Below, piece after piece: positions 19,832 to 29,683 of a DNA stretch of 64,000 bases. The translations under genes and the position numbers were made by a program. Below the pieces are notes generated by a model that saw only the letters and a program-made list of their open reading frames with translations, did not search any database and was not told the origin of the DNA. How positions within the stretch are numbered: position 1 is the stretch's first letter; every line of letters starts with the position of its first letter. Origin of the DNA: Bacteroidota bacterium (lineage in GTDB: Bacteria; Bacteroidota; Bacteroidia; 2-12-FULL-35-15); NCBI GenBank assembly GCA_040387415.1, contig JAZKDU010000017.1, positions 30,904 to 94,903 of the forward strand, written 5' to 3'.

Positions 19832-20284
19832 TTATGCCATTCTTCTGTTCATTTCCCGCTCTATATCCTTCTTTTTAATATCGTCACGTTTATCATATAG
19901 CTTCTTCCCTTTGGCAAGAGCTATTTCCAACTTCGCATATCCCTTTTCATTGATAAATAAACGAAACGGAATAATTGTTAAACCTTTGTCTATTAGTTTA
20001 CCTTCCAGTTTGTTCAGTTCTTTTTTATTGAGTAACAATTTGCGGTCGCGTTTTTCTTCCACATTATTGTAAGTACCGTTAAAATAAGGTGCTATATGCA
20101 TATTCCGAACAAACAATTCCTCCTTTAAAAACACGCAAAAAGCATCATTGATATTTGACTTTCCTTCACGTATTGATTTTATTTCAGTACCCGTCAATTG
20201 AATACCAGCAATATATTTATCAATAAATGAATATTCAAACGATGCCTTCTTATTTTTAATATTGATAGAATTTTCTGTTGCCAT
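19832..20284 (-). CDS. smpB: SsrA-binding protein SmpB
   Basis: 150 aa, '[24 protein letters not shown]' SmpB signature region. Confidence 0.9.
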   Translation of the reverse strand: MATENSINIKNKKASFEYSFIDKYIAGIQLTGTEIKSIREGKSNINDAFCVFLKEELFVRNMHIAPYFNGTYNNVEEKRDRKLLLNKKELNKLEGKLIDKGLTIIPFRLFINEKGYAKLEIALAKGKKLYDKRDDIKKKDIEREMNRRMA

Positions 20285-20559
20285 AAGGATACAAAGATAC
20301 TAATAACCTGAGTTCGATAGTTAGTGATTATGCAATTGATTGTAAAACAGTTATTTACACCGCTGTAATCCTGAGCTTTTCGTGAGGGATCTTTCTTAAT
20401 TTAAAAGATATAGCCCTGTGATTGGCAAGTTCCCTTTCCCGTAAAAACGGGTTCGGGAGGACAGCCTTTAAAAGCCAATGGATAATGGTCGTTATTAAGT
20501 TAATTATGAAACTCCGTTTAATAAAAACACCTTTTTTACTCCTTTTAGGACATGGCATT

Positions 20560-22434
20560 CTATTTCACAATCAATACCGGCACTTTTACATTATGCCGTA
20601 CTTCATCCAAAGTGGTTCCGAAAATAATATCTTTAAGTGCCCTGTGTCCATGAGCCCCCATTACCAATAAATCACAATCAGAAGTATTTACAATTTCAGG
20701 AATACTTTTTTTAGGGTTCCCAAAACCAAGCTTGGTATGTATCTTGAAGCCTTTTGATTCCAGATCAATTTTATATTTTTCCAAATTACGTTTATCAGAT
20801 AATGTCTCAAGATCATCAATTTCATTGTTCATCATACGTGCTCCGGCCGTTTCAACAATGTGAATCAAAATATATTCGGCATCCTTTCCGCCTTGTGATA
20901 TCGCATTTCCAATCGCTTTATTATCACTGGCACTGAAATCGACAGTGATCGCAATGCGTTCATATTTCACCACAGTTACCAGCTCCAATTTTTCTGCATG
21001 ACCATCTGGCACCACGTTTTTCAAATCTTTTGTTGTTTTAATAAGAGGTACAAACGTTATATAAAGTAACAGTATACCTGCACCAACAACTAAGGGTACC
21101 ACAGTACAATAAAGAATAACAGGGTTTTCAGCTTCCCTTATCCATCCACTTAACGTATCAATAACCAATTTTGCATTTAGTATTACGATAATGGCTGCTA
21201 TAAGCCATGCACCAATTTTCACCCAGGTTTTATTTGCAAACTCGCCCATCTTCTTTTTATCACTGGTTAAATGGATAAGGGGTATGATTGCAAATCCTAA
21301 CTGAAGACTCAACACCACTTGGCTCAAAATAAGCAACTGCCCTGTAGCATCCTCTCCAAAAAAATAAATAGTAAAAAAGGCCGGAATAATAGCAATAAGG
21401 CGGGTTATAATTCTTCTTAGCCATGGTTGAATACGAAGGTTCAAATAACCCTCCATTACAATTTGTCCGGATAAGGTCCCGGTAAGTGTTGAGCTTTGCC
21501 CGGCAGCAATCAAGGCAATTGCAAACAAAGCCGGTGCAAGACTATTACCTAAAACATTGTCCAATAATTTGTGTGCATCCTGAATTTCGGAAACATCCGT
21601 TAATCCTGAATTAAAGAAGGCCGCAGCAGCGAGTATTAAAATAGCAGCATTTACAAACAAGGCCAGATTTAAGGCGATGAAAGTATCTATGAAATTAAAT
21701 TTAATTGCCTCCTTAACTCCTTTAGGCGTTTGATCAATTCTGCGTGTTTGCACAAGTGATGAGTGCAAATACAAGTTATGCGGCATCACAGTAGCACCAA
21801 TAATTCCAATAGCTATGTATAAAGCTTCATTATTAGGGATGGAAGGGATAAAACCTTTTACAAGCTCAGCGCCATTGGGTTTAGCAAAAATTAACTCCGC
21901 AACAAAAGCGGAGCCGATAGTGGCAATCAGCACCAAAATGAAGGCTTCCATTTTCCGGATGCCATACCTTTGTAACACCAATAATAACAAGGTATCTGCA
22001 ACAGTTATTGAAACACCTGCCAGAAGTGGAATGTGGAACAATAGCTGCAAACCTATAGCCATTCCAATTACTTCAGCCAGGTCGCATGCTGCAATAGCTA
22101 TTTCAGCCAACACCCAATTGAAAAAATTCACTACCGGATGATAAGCAGCCCTTGAGGCCTGCGCAAGATCAAGCCCACGCACAAGTCCCAGCTTTGCACT
22201 AAGGCTTTGTAACAACAATGCCATTAAATTACTCATCAATAACACCCAAAGCAATTTATAACCAAACTGGCTTCCACCCGCTATATCGGTAGCCCAGTTA
22301 CCCGGATCCATATAACCAACGCTTACTAAATATGCCGGTCCGATAAAAGCAAATAGTTTTTTCCAGAAGCCAACCTTGTTGGTGCTTACGCTTGCATTTA
22401 CTTCCTGTAATGATTTATCAGTTAGTGGTTTCAT
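20560..22434 (-). CDS. mntH: Nramp-family Mn2+/Fe2+ transporter MntH fused to a C-terminal universal stress protein (UspA) domain
   Basis: 'GPAYLVSVGYMDPGNWATDIAGG' Nramp motif, 11-12 TM helices. The last ~150 aa 'IAITVDFSASDNK...LLVMGAHGHRALKDIIFGTT...VPVLIVK' is a Usp fold. Confidence 0.85.
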   Translation of the reverse strand: MKPLTDKSLQEVNASVSTNKVGFWKKLFAFIGPAYLVSVGYMDPGNWATDIAGGSQFGYKLLWVLLMSNLMALLLQSLSAKLGLVRGLDLAQASRAAYHPVVNFFNWVLAEIAIAACDLAEVIGMAIGLQLLFHIPLLAGVSITVADTLLLLVLQRYGIRKMEAFILVLIATIGSAFVAELIFAKPNGAELVKGFIPSIPNNEALYIAIGIIGATVMPHNLYLHSSLVQTRRIDQTPKGVKEAIKFNFIDTFIALNLALFVNAAILILAAAAFFNSGLTDVSEIQDAHKLLDNVLGNSLAPALFAIALIAAGQSSTLTGTLSGQIVMEGYLNLRIQPWLRRIITRLIAIIPAFFTIYFFGEDATGQLLILSQVVLSLQLGFAIIPLIHLTSDKKKMGEFANKTWVKIGAWLIAAIIVILNAKLVIDTLSGWIREAENPVILYCTVVPLVVGAGILLLYITFVPLIKTTKDLKNVVPDGHAEKLELVTVVKYERIAITVDFSASDNKAIGNAISQGGKDAEYILIHIVETAGARMMNNEIDDLETLSDKRNLEKYKIDLESKGFKIHTKLGFGNPKKSIPEIVNTSDCDLLVMGAHGHRALKDIIFGTTLDEVRHNVKVPVLIVK

Positions 22435-23093
22435 TATTTTATAATTGCTAAAATATTTTTTGCAACATCATTGCTGATGAATGTTGTGCTGCCTTTGTTG
22501 ATAGTAATTTGAAGAGAATGATCAAATTCAACAATATCTTTTATTTTAATTTCATTACCTAGCGCTAAACCGCACTTATCAAGGTATTGCAAAAATGCAG
22601 TTGAATGATCTACCACACCTGTCATAATACACACATCATTTTTATTGAATTTCGATAACAAATGTGATTTTTGAATATTCACTTTTCCTTTTGCATCTGG
22701 TATTGGATCACCATGCGGATCTACTTTTGGATAACACAAAAATTTATCAATCTGTTCTATCAGCTTATCTGAATTGATATGCTCCAGTTGCTCAGCCACA
22801 TCATGTACCTCATCCCATTTAAAATCAAGTTTTTCTACTAAAAACATTTCCCATAAACGGTGCTTCCTGATAATTGTTAGCGCTATCTTCTCCCCTTTTG
22901 AAGTAAGGGTCACCCCCTGGTATTTCTGATAATTGATCAGTTTTTTATCCGCTAGTTTCTTTAGCATATCAGTTACAGAAGCGGGTTTAGTGCTCATCTT
23001 TTCAGCGATGGCGTTAGTGGTAACGGTTTCTCCCTCCTGTTCAATAAGCTTATAAATAGCCTTCAGATAATTTTCTTCAGTAAATGAGTTCAT
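22434..23093 (-). CDS. mntR: DtxR/MntR-family metal-dependent transcriptional repressor with FeoA-like C-terminal domain
   Basis: N-terminal winged-helix 'NYLKAIYKL...TTNAIAEKMSTKPASVTDMLKKL'. Dimerisation and SH3-like C-terminus. TAATGA-type overlap with mntH. Confidence 0.8.
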   Translation of the reverse strand: MNSFTEENYLKAIYKLIEQEGETVTTNAIAEKMSTKPASVTDMLKKLADKKLINYQKYQGVTLTSKGEKIALTIIRKHRLWEMFLVEKLDFKWDEVHDVAEQLEHINSDKLIEQIDKFLCYPKVDPHGDPIPDAKGKVNIQKSHLLSKFNKNDVCIMTGVVDHSTAFLQYLDKCGLALGNEIKIKDIVEFDHSLQITINKGSTTFISNDVAKNILAIIK

Positions 23094-23149
23094 TTGATAA
23101 AAATTTAAACAAATATAGGCACAAATTTTTTACGTACAATAAATATTTT

Positions 23150-23163
23150 TTAGATAAGTCTAA
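23150..23163. promoter_or_regulatory. candidate DtxR/MntR operator half-site palindrome in the divergent mntR/TBDR intergenic region
   Basis: 'TTAGAtaagTCTAA' (5-bp arms, compare DtxR box TTAGG...CCTAA) 36 nt upstream of the TonB-dependent receptor start. Confidence 0.3.
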
Positions 23164-23198
23164 ATTATTGTTTACATTTGTATAAATATTATTAATAC

Positions 23199-25451
23199 AT
23201 GCGACTAATTTTATTGATTTTCTTTTTTATAACCCTTTCAGCAAAAGCGCAAACCGGTAGCATTAAAGGTAAAATCACCAGCGATAGTAAACCTGTGGAG
23301 TTCGCAAATGCCGGTTTAATCGGAACGCATTACAGTGCCGTTACCAATCAAAATGGGGAGTTTGAGATTTCCAATATCCCTTTTGGCAAATATGATTTTC
23401 AAATATCCATGGTGGGATACCAGAAAATAAAAAAAGAAATTTTTATCAGCGCAACTGCACCTGTTACCATTAATCAAAGCATCATTTCACTGGATAACCG
23501 CTTAAACGAAATAGTAGTAACCGGTACTATGAAAGAGATGACGCGCGCGGAATCACCTATTCCTGTTGAAATATTAACCCCGAAATTATTTTTAAAAAAC
23601 CCTACGCCAAGCTTATTTGAATCAATGCAGATGGTTAATGGCGTGCAGCCACAATTAAACTGTAACGTTTGTAATACCGGTGATATTCATATTAATGGAA
23701 TGGAAGGACCCTATACCATGATCACAATTGACGGTATGCCCATTGTAAGTTCCTTATCAACAGTTTACGGATTAAGCGGTATACCGAACAGCCTTGTAAA
23801 CAGAATAGAAGTGGTTAAAGGGCCTGCCAGCACATTGTATGGTTCCGAAGCTGTTGGAGGATTGATAAATGTAATTACAAAAAATCCGATTGCTGCACCC
23901 TTATTAAGTTTGGATATTATGGCCACCACCGACCAGGAATATAATTTCGATCTTGGAATAAAAACTAAATTAAAAAAAGCACACTCCCTCTTAGGCATTA
24001 ACTACTTTAACTTTCAGAATGTGATGGATAAAAATGGAGATAACTTCACCGATGTAACCCTTCAAAACCGTATTTCAATATTCAACAAATGGAGTTTTGA
24101 ACGCACTGAAAACAGGATATCCAGCATTGCAGCGCGTTTTGTTTATGAAGATAGATGGGGTGGCGAAACACAGTATGAAAATAAATTCAGGGGAACAGAC
24201 AGTGTATATGGTGAATCCATTTATACCAGCCGGTATGAACTGATTGGTATATATCAATTACCATTGAAAAAAGAACAGGTATTTTTCCAATATTCACTAA
24301 ATAATCACAATCAAAATTCTTACTACGGCACAACTCCGTATATGGCTTCACAAAACATTGCTTTCACACAGCTGTATTGGAATAAAACAATCAATAAAAA
24401 TGCTGATTTGCTCGTTGGTCTTCCCCTTCGATATACTTTCTATGATGATAATACTCCGGGAACACAAAGCACCGATACTTTAAATCCACAAAACAAACCT
24501 CAAAGCACTTATTTACCGGGTATTTTCGCACAAACAAATTTAAAATTTAAAAAGCTGACGACACTTGCCGGATTACGATATGATTATAATACCGACCATG
24601 GCTCCATTTTATCTCCACGCCTGGCATTTAAATATGCTGTAAATGATAACAACATTTTAAGGTTAAGTAGCGGCAACGGTTACAGGGTAGTAAACTTATT
24701 TACTGAGGATCATGCAGCCCTCACAGGAGCGAGAGAAGTAGTAATTAAAAATAATCTCAAGCCTGAAAAATCATGGAATATAAATTTAAATTACCAGCGC
24801 TTTTTCATTTTAACCGATGCATATATAGGGCTTGATGCAAGTGTGTTCTACACATATTTCACAAATAAAATAATAGGTGATTTTAATACAGATCCCACAA
24901 AAATTATTTTTGATAACCTTGATGGATATGCAATTTCAAAAGGTATTGCTCTGAATTTCGACATTGTGCTTACTAATGGATTGAAGGCTATTATTGGCGG
25001 TACCTATATGAATGTTTATAGTACAGAAAAAGATTCAACTGGAACAAACATTCAAACGCCTCAGCTGCACGCTCCTAATTTTTCAGGCAATTTTACACTG
25101 AGTTACACATTCAGTAAATCAAACATCAGCATCGATTATACCGGAAACATTAAAAGCCCGATGCATTTACCGGTTGTTCCTAATGATCATCGTCCGGAAC
25201 AATCCCCCTGGTTTACTTTGCAAAATATACAGGTAAGCAAAAAATTCAAAAATGGGATTGAAGTATATACCGGAGTAAAAAATATTTTCAACTTCACACC
25301 TGATGATCCTATTCTAAGACCTTTCGATCCCTTTGATAAGCATATTACAGAAAACAATCCGAATAACTACACATTTGATCCTTCTTATAATTATGCTCCT
25401 ATGCAAGGCAGAAGATTTTTCATCGGAATCCGGTACAATTTATTTGATTAA
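23199..25451 (+). CDS. TonB-dependent outer-membrane receptor with N-terminal CarboxypepD_reg domain
   Basis: Signal peptide. 'GSIKGKITSDSKPVEFANAG' carboxypeptidase-regulatory-like domain. Plug and 22-strand barrel motifs. C-terminal 'RYNLFD'. Unusual 'NCNVCNTGD' Cys pair in the plug. Confidence 0.85.
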   Translation: MRLILLIFFFITLSAKAQTGSIKGKITSDSKPVEFANAGLIGTHYSAVTNQNGEFEISNIPFGKYDFQISMVGYQKIKKEIFISATAPVTINQSIISLDNRLNEIVVTGTMKEMTRAESPIPVEILTPKLFLKNPTPSLFESMQMVNGVQPQLNCNVCNTGDIHINGMEGPYTMITIDGMPIVSSLSTVYGLSGIPNSLVNRIEVVKGPASTLYGSEAVGGLINVITKNPIAAPLLSLDIMATTDQEYNFDLGIKTKLKKAHSLLGINYFNFQNVMDKNGDNFTDVTLQNRISIFNKWSFERTENRISSIAARFVYEDRWGGETQYENKFRGTDSVYGESIYTSRYELIGIYQLPLKKEQVFFQYSLNNHNQNSYYGTTPYMASQNIAFTQLYWNKTINKNADLLVGLPLRYTFYDDNTPGTQSTDTLNPQNKPQSTYLPGIFAQTNLKFKKLTTLAGLRYDYNTDHGSILSPRLAFKYAVNDNNILRLSSGNGYRVVNLFTEDHAALTGAREVVIKNNLKPEKSWNINLNYQRFFILTDAYIGLDASVFYTYFTNKIIGDFNTDPTKIIFDNLDGYAISKGIALNFDIVLTNGLKAIIGGTYMNVYSTEKDSTGTNIQTPQLHAPNFSGNFTLSYTFSKSNISIDYTGNIKSPMHLPVVPNDHRPEQSPWFTLQNIQVSKKFKNGIEVYTGVKNIFNFTPDDPILRPFDPFDKHITENNPNNYTFDPSYNYAPMQGRRFFIGIRYNLFD

Positions 25452-25581
25452 AAAAATAAACGCAACTACCACTAAATTAGGCACTTACAAGTAATTTAAA
25501 AAATAATAATTACTACAGGCAACCATTTACTAAAAAATTCGTCTATGTTATAAATCGGTTATTCACCTAAAAATTATAACT

Positions 25582-27747
25582 ATGAGAAAAATCTTACTCC
25601 TGTTAGCATGTTCCGTAATTATTTTAGCAAACGCTCAAAATAATGTGAACGTTCATCCACAAAAAAATAAAAAACAAAGTGTGAGAGAAATGGCATTTAA
25701 ACAAAGTCCCGTTTATAAACGCCATCAGGATAGAGCTAAGATTGCAAAAAATTCTCCTTTAAACCAAAAAGCTCAAAGCGGAAATCGCAGCGGTTGCTTT
25801 TCTTACACGTTTTATGATCCTTATACCTATTTTGAAGCAGATAGCAGTACTATGATTTCTGCGTATGCTTACGTTTGGGACTTTGGAGACGGAAACTCGG
25901 ATACAACAACCTATTATCAGAATAGCCATTATTATTATCAGCCCAATTATGGAATATCAGCTTATAATGTATGCTTAACCTCACTTGACAGCAATGGCAA
26001 CATTCTATCCACTTGCTGTGATTCTATTTATGTTGGTGCCAGCTCCTATTGTTATGCTGACTTTTATTTTAATGTGGATTCTGCAAATGAAGTTACATTT
26101 ACTAATTATTCCAGCTCAAATGATTCCATCATTTCATACGCATGGGATTTTGGTGATAATACCGGTTCTATTTCACAAAATCCGATTCACCAATATACAT
26201 CCAATGGATCCTACACCGTATGTTTAACAATTACCTCCAGCTCCGGATGTTCAAATACAAATTGTTATAACATTAATGTAAATGATTATTCTACCTCATG
26301 TTATTCTTACTTTAACTATTCAGAGGCCTTTAATACATTCTATTTTACTGACCTGGCTTCCTCAAGTTATGGAAATATAACTTCATGGACATGGGACTTT
26401 GGAGATGGTACTTATTCAAATTTCCAAAGTCCCTCTCACATGTATGCTTACCCGGGTTACTACTCTGTTTGTTTAACTATAGCAACCGATTCAGGATGTA
26501 CTGCTGCTTATTGTGATTATGTAAACAATCAGGTTAGTTCAGATTTAATTGTTGACACTATCCCTAATTTAACGCAAACCATTGGAGGCCTTTTGTTTGG
26601 AAGCTGCGTATCTGTAAGTAATCTGACGTATACCGGTGCCCCTTCAGCAATTGGTTATTTTGCTGATAACAGCGCAGGTATTGACAGCGCATTTACAAGC
26701 GGGCTTTTATTAACAACAGGAAGTATTTATAATGCCGTTGGTCCAAATAATTCTGCCAGTGCAGGTACAGGGAATGGTCTTCCGGGTGATAGTGATCTGG
26801 ATCTGCTTGTTCCGGGCAGCACTACCTTTGATGCCGCTATCCTTGAGTTCGACTTTACTTCTGTTAGCGATACGGTTATTGCTTCCAAAATTGTATTTGC
26901 ATCGGAGGAATACCCAGAATTTGTTAACGCAGGAGTTAGTGATGCGTTTGCATTCTACATCAGCGGACCTGGCATAAACGGGGTTAAAAATCTGGCCCTG
27001 GTACCAAATACAAATTCTCCAATTACTATTGACTCCTTAAATCAAAATATGAATTCCAACTATTTTGTTGACAATAGCAATGGCCTCACATATCAATACG
27101 ATGGCAGATCAACTATCATTGAATTAAGTCAGGCAGTAATACCTGGCCAGACATACCACTTTAAAATAGCTATTGCTGATGCCGGAGATGGTATATTTGA
27201 TTCCGGTGTATTAATTAAAGCAGGTAGTTTCAATGGTAATACACAATTGCCGGTAGCCAATTTTACACAATCAGAAATAACCCCATTAACTGTTAATTTT
27301 AACAATACATCTGTTAATGCTAACCTATATGGATGGGATTTTGGTGACGGTGTTACTGATTTAAGTGCAAATCCAACACATACATATGCTGCCCCTGGAA
27401 CTTATACTGTTACCCTTGTAGCAAGCAATGTTTGTTATACAGATACTACCATTATGGTAATTACTGTGGGAGCGAATAGTATTAATTCATTGGATGCTAA
27501 TAACTCAATAAAAATAGTTCCTACCGCAGCTGATGGAGTTTTCAATGCCATCATTATGTCGTCTTTAAACGAAAAAGCAGATTTAAAAATATACAATGTG
27601 AACGGACAATTAGTTGTAAACAAATCACTTAACAGCACAATTGGCCAGAATAATTTTACGCTTGATTTAACTGATTATGCAAAAGGCTTGTATACAGTTC
27701 AAATTGTAGGAAGTAAAGAAGCGTTTGTAGCCCGCATGGTTAGATAA
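25582..27747 (+). CDS. T9SS-secreted PKD-repeat / choice-of-anchor-L domain protein
   Basis: Signal peptide. Four 'WDFGDG' PKD-like repeats. Central 'choice-of-anchor' like block. T9SS C-terminal domain 'KIYNVNGQLV...GLYTVQIV'. Confidence 0.75.
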   Translation: MRKILLLLACSVIILANAQNNVNVHPQKNKKQSVREMAFKQSPVYKRHQDRAKIAKNSPLNQKAQSGNRSGCFSYTFYDPYTYFEADSSTMISAYAYVWDFGDGNSDTTTYYQNSHYYYQPNYGISAYNVCLTSLDSNGNILSTCCDSIYVGASSYCYADFYFNVDSANEVTFTNYSSSNDSIISYAWDFGDNTGSISQNPIHQYTSNGSYTVCLTITSSSGCSNTNCYNINVNDYSTSCYSYFNYSEAFNTFYFTDLASSSYGNITSWTWDFGDGTYSNFQSPSHMYAYPGYYSVCLTIATDSGCTAAYCDYVNNQVSSDLIVDTIPNLTQTIGGLLFGSCVSVSNLTYTGAPSAIGYFADNSAGIDSAFTSGLLLTTGSIYNAVGPNNSASAGTGNGLPGDSDLDLLVPGSTTFDAAILEFDFTSVSDTVIASKIVFASEEYPEFVNAGVSDAFAFYISGPGINGVKNLALVPNTNSPITIDSLNQNMNSNYFVDNSNGLTYQYDGRSTIIELSQAVIPGQTYHFKIAIADAGDGIFDSGVLIKAGSFNGNTQLPVANFTQSEITPLTVNFNNTSVNANLYGWDFGDGVTDLSANPTHTYAAPGTYTVTLVASNVCYTDTTIMVITVGANSINSLDANNSIKIVPTAADGVFNAIIMSSLNEKADLKIYNVNGQLVVNKSLNSTIGQNNFTLDLTDYAKGLYTVQIVGSKEAFVARMVR

Positions 27748-27787
27748 TAATAAAATAGCGGCTGAATTTAAAATTCAGAATTTCAAC

Positions 27788-27819
27788 AAAAGCTCCCGGT
27801 TCACCGGGAGCTTTTCTGT
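27788..27819 (+). terminator. rho-independent terminator
   Basis: 'agctcccgg-ttca-ccgggagct' followed by 'tttctgtt'. Confidence 0.6.
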
Positions 27820-27887
27820 TGATTTAGTATTTATTATAAATATTTAGTACTTTAGAGAACACATTGAAAAGAATCCTAAGCTGATTT

Positions 27888-29660
27888 GTGCCTATGAAAA
27901 AAATTACATTAATTGCTGGGATTATAATTTCACTTTTTATTCGGTTAGGAGTAGCCCAAACTATCTTACCTGTTGGCTTTTCAGCAGAAGAGCAATTGGA
28001 AATACAACGATCGGATTATCAAGAACCGTTTTATCAACCGCAAGGAATTACAAGCCCTCCTCAGGGGGCTGTTCGTAATATGGCACAATGGGAAGAAGTT
28101 CAGGGCCTCACCATCACATGGACAAGCTATGAATCAGTATTGCGCGAAATTGTAAGAGCCGCACGTTTAGAAACACAGGTATATATTATCTGTGGGCCTG
28201 ATTGTGATGGTGATTCAATAGCTGTAAAAAATTACTTAACAAGTGGTGGTGTCGCACTTAGCAATGTAAATTATATTCATGCCCCCTGTAATAGCGTATG
28301 GGCAAGAGATTACTCTGCAAATACAGTTTACATGAATGATGTGGACTCCCTTATTTTAGTGGATTGGAAATACAACCGGCCTTCACGTATTAAAGATGAT
28401 ACCATATGCCGTTCTATTGCCAGAAAATTAAATATTCCGTTATACGAAACAACTCAAGGCAGCAATAAATTAATCCATACCGGAGGTAATTATATGACGG
28501 ATGGATTAGGTACTGCATTTTCATCTGAACTTATATTAGATGAAAACCCCTTGTTAACAGAGGTTCAGGCAAATACAATAATGCAGAATTTTATGGGAAT
28601 TAACCGTTACATTAAAATGGCTACACTTCCCTATGATGGTATTCATCACATTGATATGCACATGAAATTACTGAATGAGGAAACTCTTTTAGTTGGACAA
28701 TATCCTCAAGGCACTGCAGATGGCCCGCAGATAGAGGCAAATCTGCAATATGTGTTATCAAATTTTAATTCAGTTTTTGGAACTCCGTATAAGGTAATTC
28801 GTATTCCCCAGCCACCTGACCAGCTCTATAATTATTATTATCCGGATAACAATGGCAACTATTTAACCTACGCCAATTCGGTCATTATTAACAAAACTGT
28901 AATTGTACCTCAGTTTTATACCGAATATGATACTACAGCCATACGCATCTGGAAAGAAGCAATGCCTGGTTATACAATCAAAGGAATTAATTCCAACAGT
29001 ACTATTTCGGCCAGCGGATCGCTCCATTGCATCACCCATTCTGTTGGAGTGCAGGATCCAATACTGATTGTTCATCAAAACCTTCCAAACACTTTAAATA
29101 CAACCGTACCATATCAGGTAGATGCCCGAATACAGCATAAAACGGGCATTTCAGCAGCAACATTATATTATAGCACAGATACCACTCAACCTTTTTCAAG
29201 CGTTGCTATGACCTTGACTAATGCTCCAAACAATACATGGACTGGCTATATTCCGGCACAGCCGGCAGGTACAAGAATATTTTACTATATAAAAGCTATT
29301 GCTAATTCAGGAAAACAACAAGTACGGCCAATGCCCGCTCCTCTTGGTAATTTTGAATTCGAAGTTCTAACAATAACCCAAATAAAAAATGCGTCAGCCT
29401 CTGTATTTACAATGAAACCGGCATTTCCAAATCCTTCACATGGCATTACCTGCATTCCTGTAGTATTTGATAAAGCAACAGAAGGTACGGTAACCCTATT
29501 TGATATGATTGGTAATAAGGTAGCCCTCATCTATGAAGGAAGTATGTTCCCCGGTGAAAAAAACTTTTTCATAAACACAATCGATATTAATGCCGGGGCT
29601 TACCTGATTACCGTTGAAACTACTGCAGGGAGAATTTCACAGAAATTAATGATAAAATAA
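27888..29660 (+). CDS. agmatine deiminase/peptidylarginine deiminase (PPAD-like) family protein with T9SS C-terminal sorting domain
   Basis: Signal peptide. Guanidino-group modifying enzyme fold motifs. Catalytic Cys in 'SGSLHCITHSVG' (compare agmatine deiminase GGGNIHCITQQ). C-terminal 'TLFDMIGNKVA...GAYLITVET' T9SS CTD. Confidence 0.7.
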   Translation: MPMKKITLIAGIIISLFIRLGVAQTILPVGFSAEEQLEIQRSDYQEPFYQPQGITSPPQGAVRNMAQWEEVQGLTITWTSYESVLREIVRAARLETQVYIICGPDCDGDSIAVKNYLTSGGVALSNVNYIHAPCNSVWARDYSANTVYMNDVDSLILVDWKYNRPSRIKDDTICRSIARKLNIPLYETTQGSNKLIHTGGNYMTDGLGTAFSSELILDENPLLTEVQANTIMQNFMGINRYIKMATLPYDGIHHIDMHMKLLNEETLLVGQYPQGTADGPQIEANLQYVLSNFNSVFGTPYKVIRIPQPPDQLYNYYYPDNNGNYLTYANSVIINKTVIVPQFYTEYDTTAIRIWKEAMPGYTIKGINSNSTISASGSLHCITHSVGVQDPILIVHQNLPNTLNTTVPYQVDARIQHKTGISAATLYYSTDTTQPFSSVAMTLTNAPNNTWTGYIPAQPAGTRIFYYIKAIANSGKQQVRPMPAPLGNFEFEVLTITQIKNASASVFTMKPAFPNPSHGITCIPVVFDKATEGTVTLFDMIGNKVALIYEGSMFPGEKNFFINTIDINAGAYLITVETTAGRISQKLMIK

Positions 29661-29683
29661 ACAATTACAAGTAAACTGATTTT

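Noticed and set aside
20355-20670. Two overlapping small ORFs (67 and 82 aa) in the smpB-mntH spacer
   Set aside because: Mutually antisense, no RBS/promoter context, overlap the mntH 3' end. Treated as non-coding.
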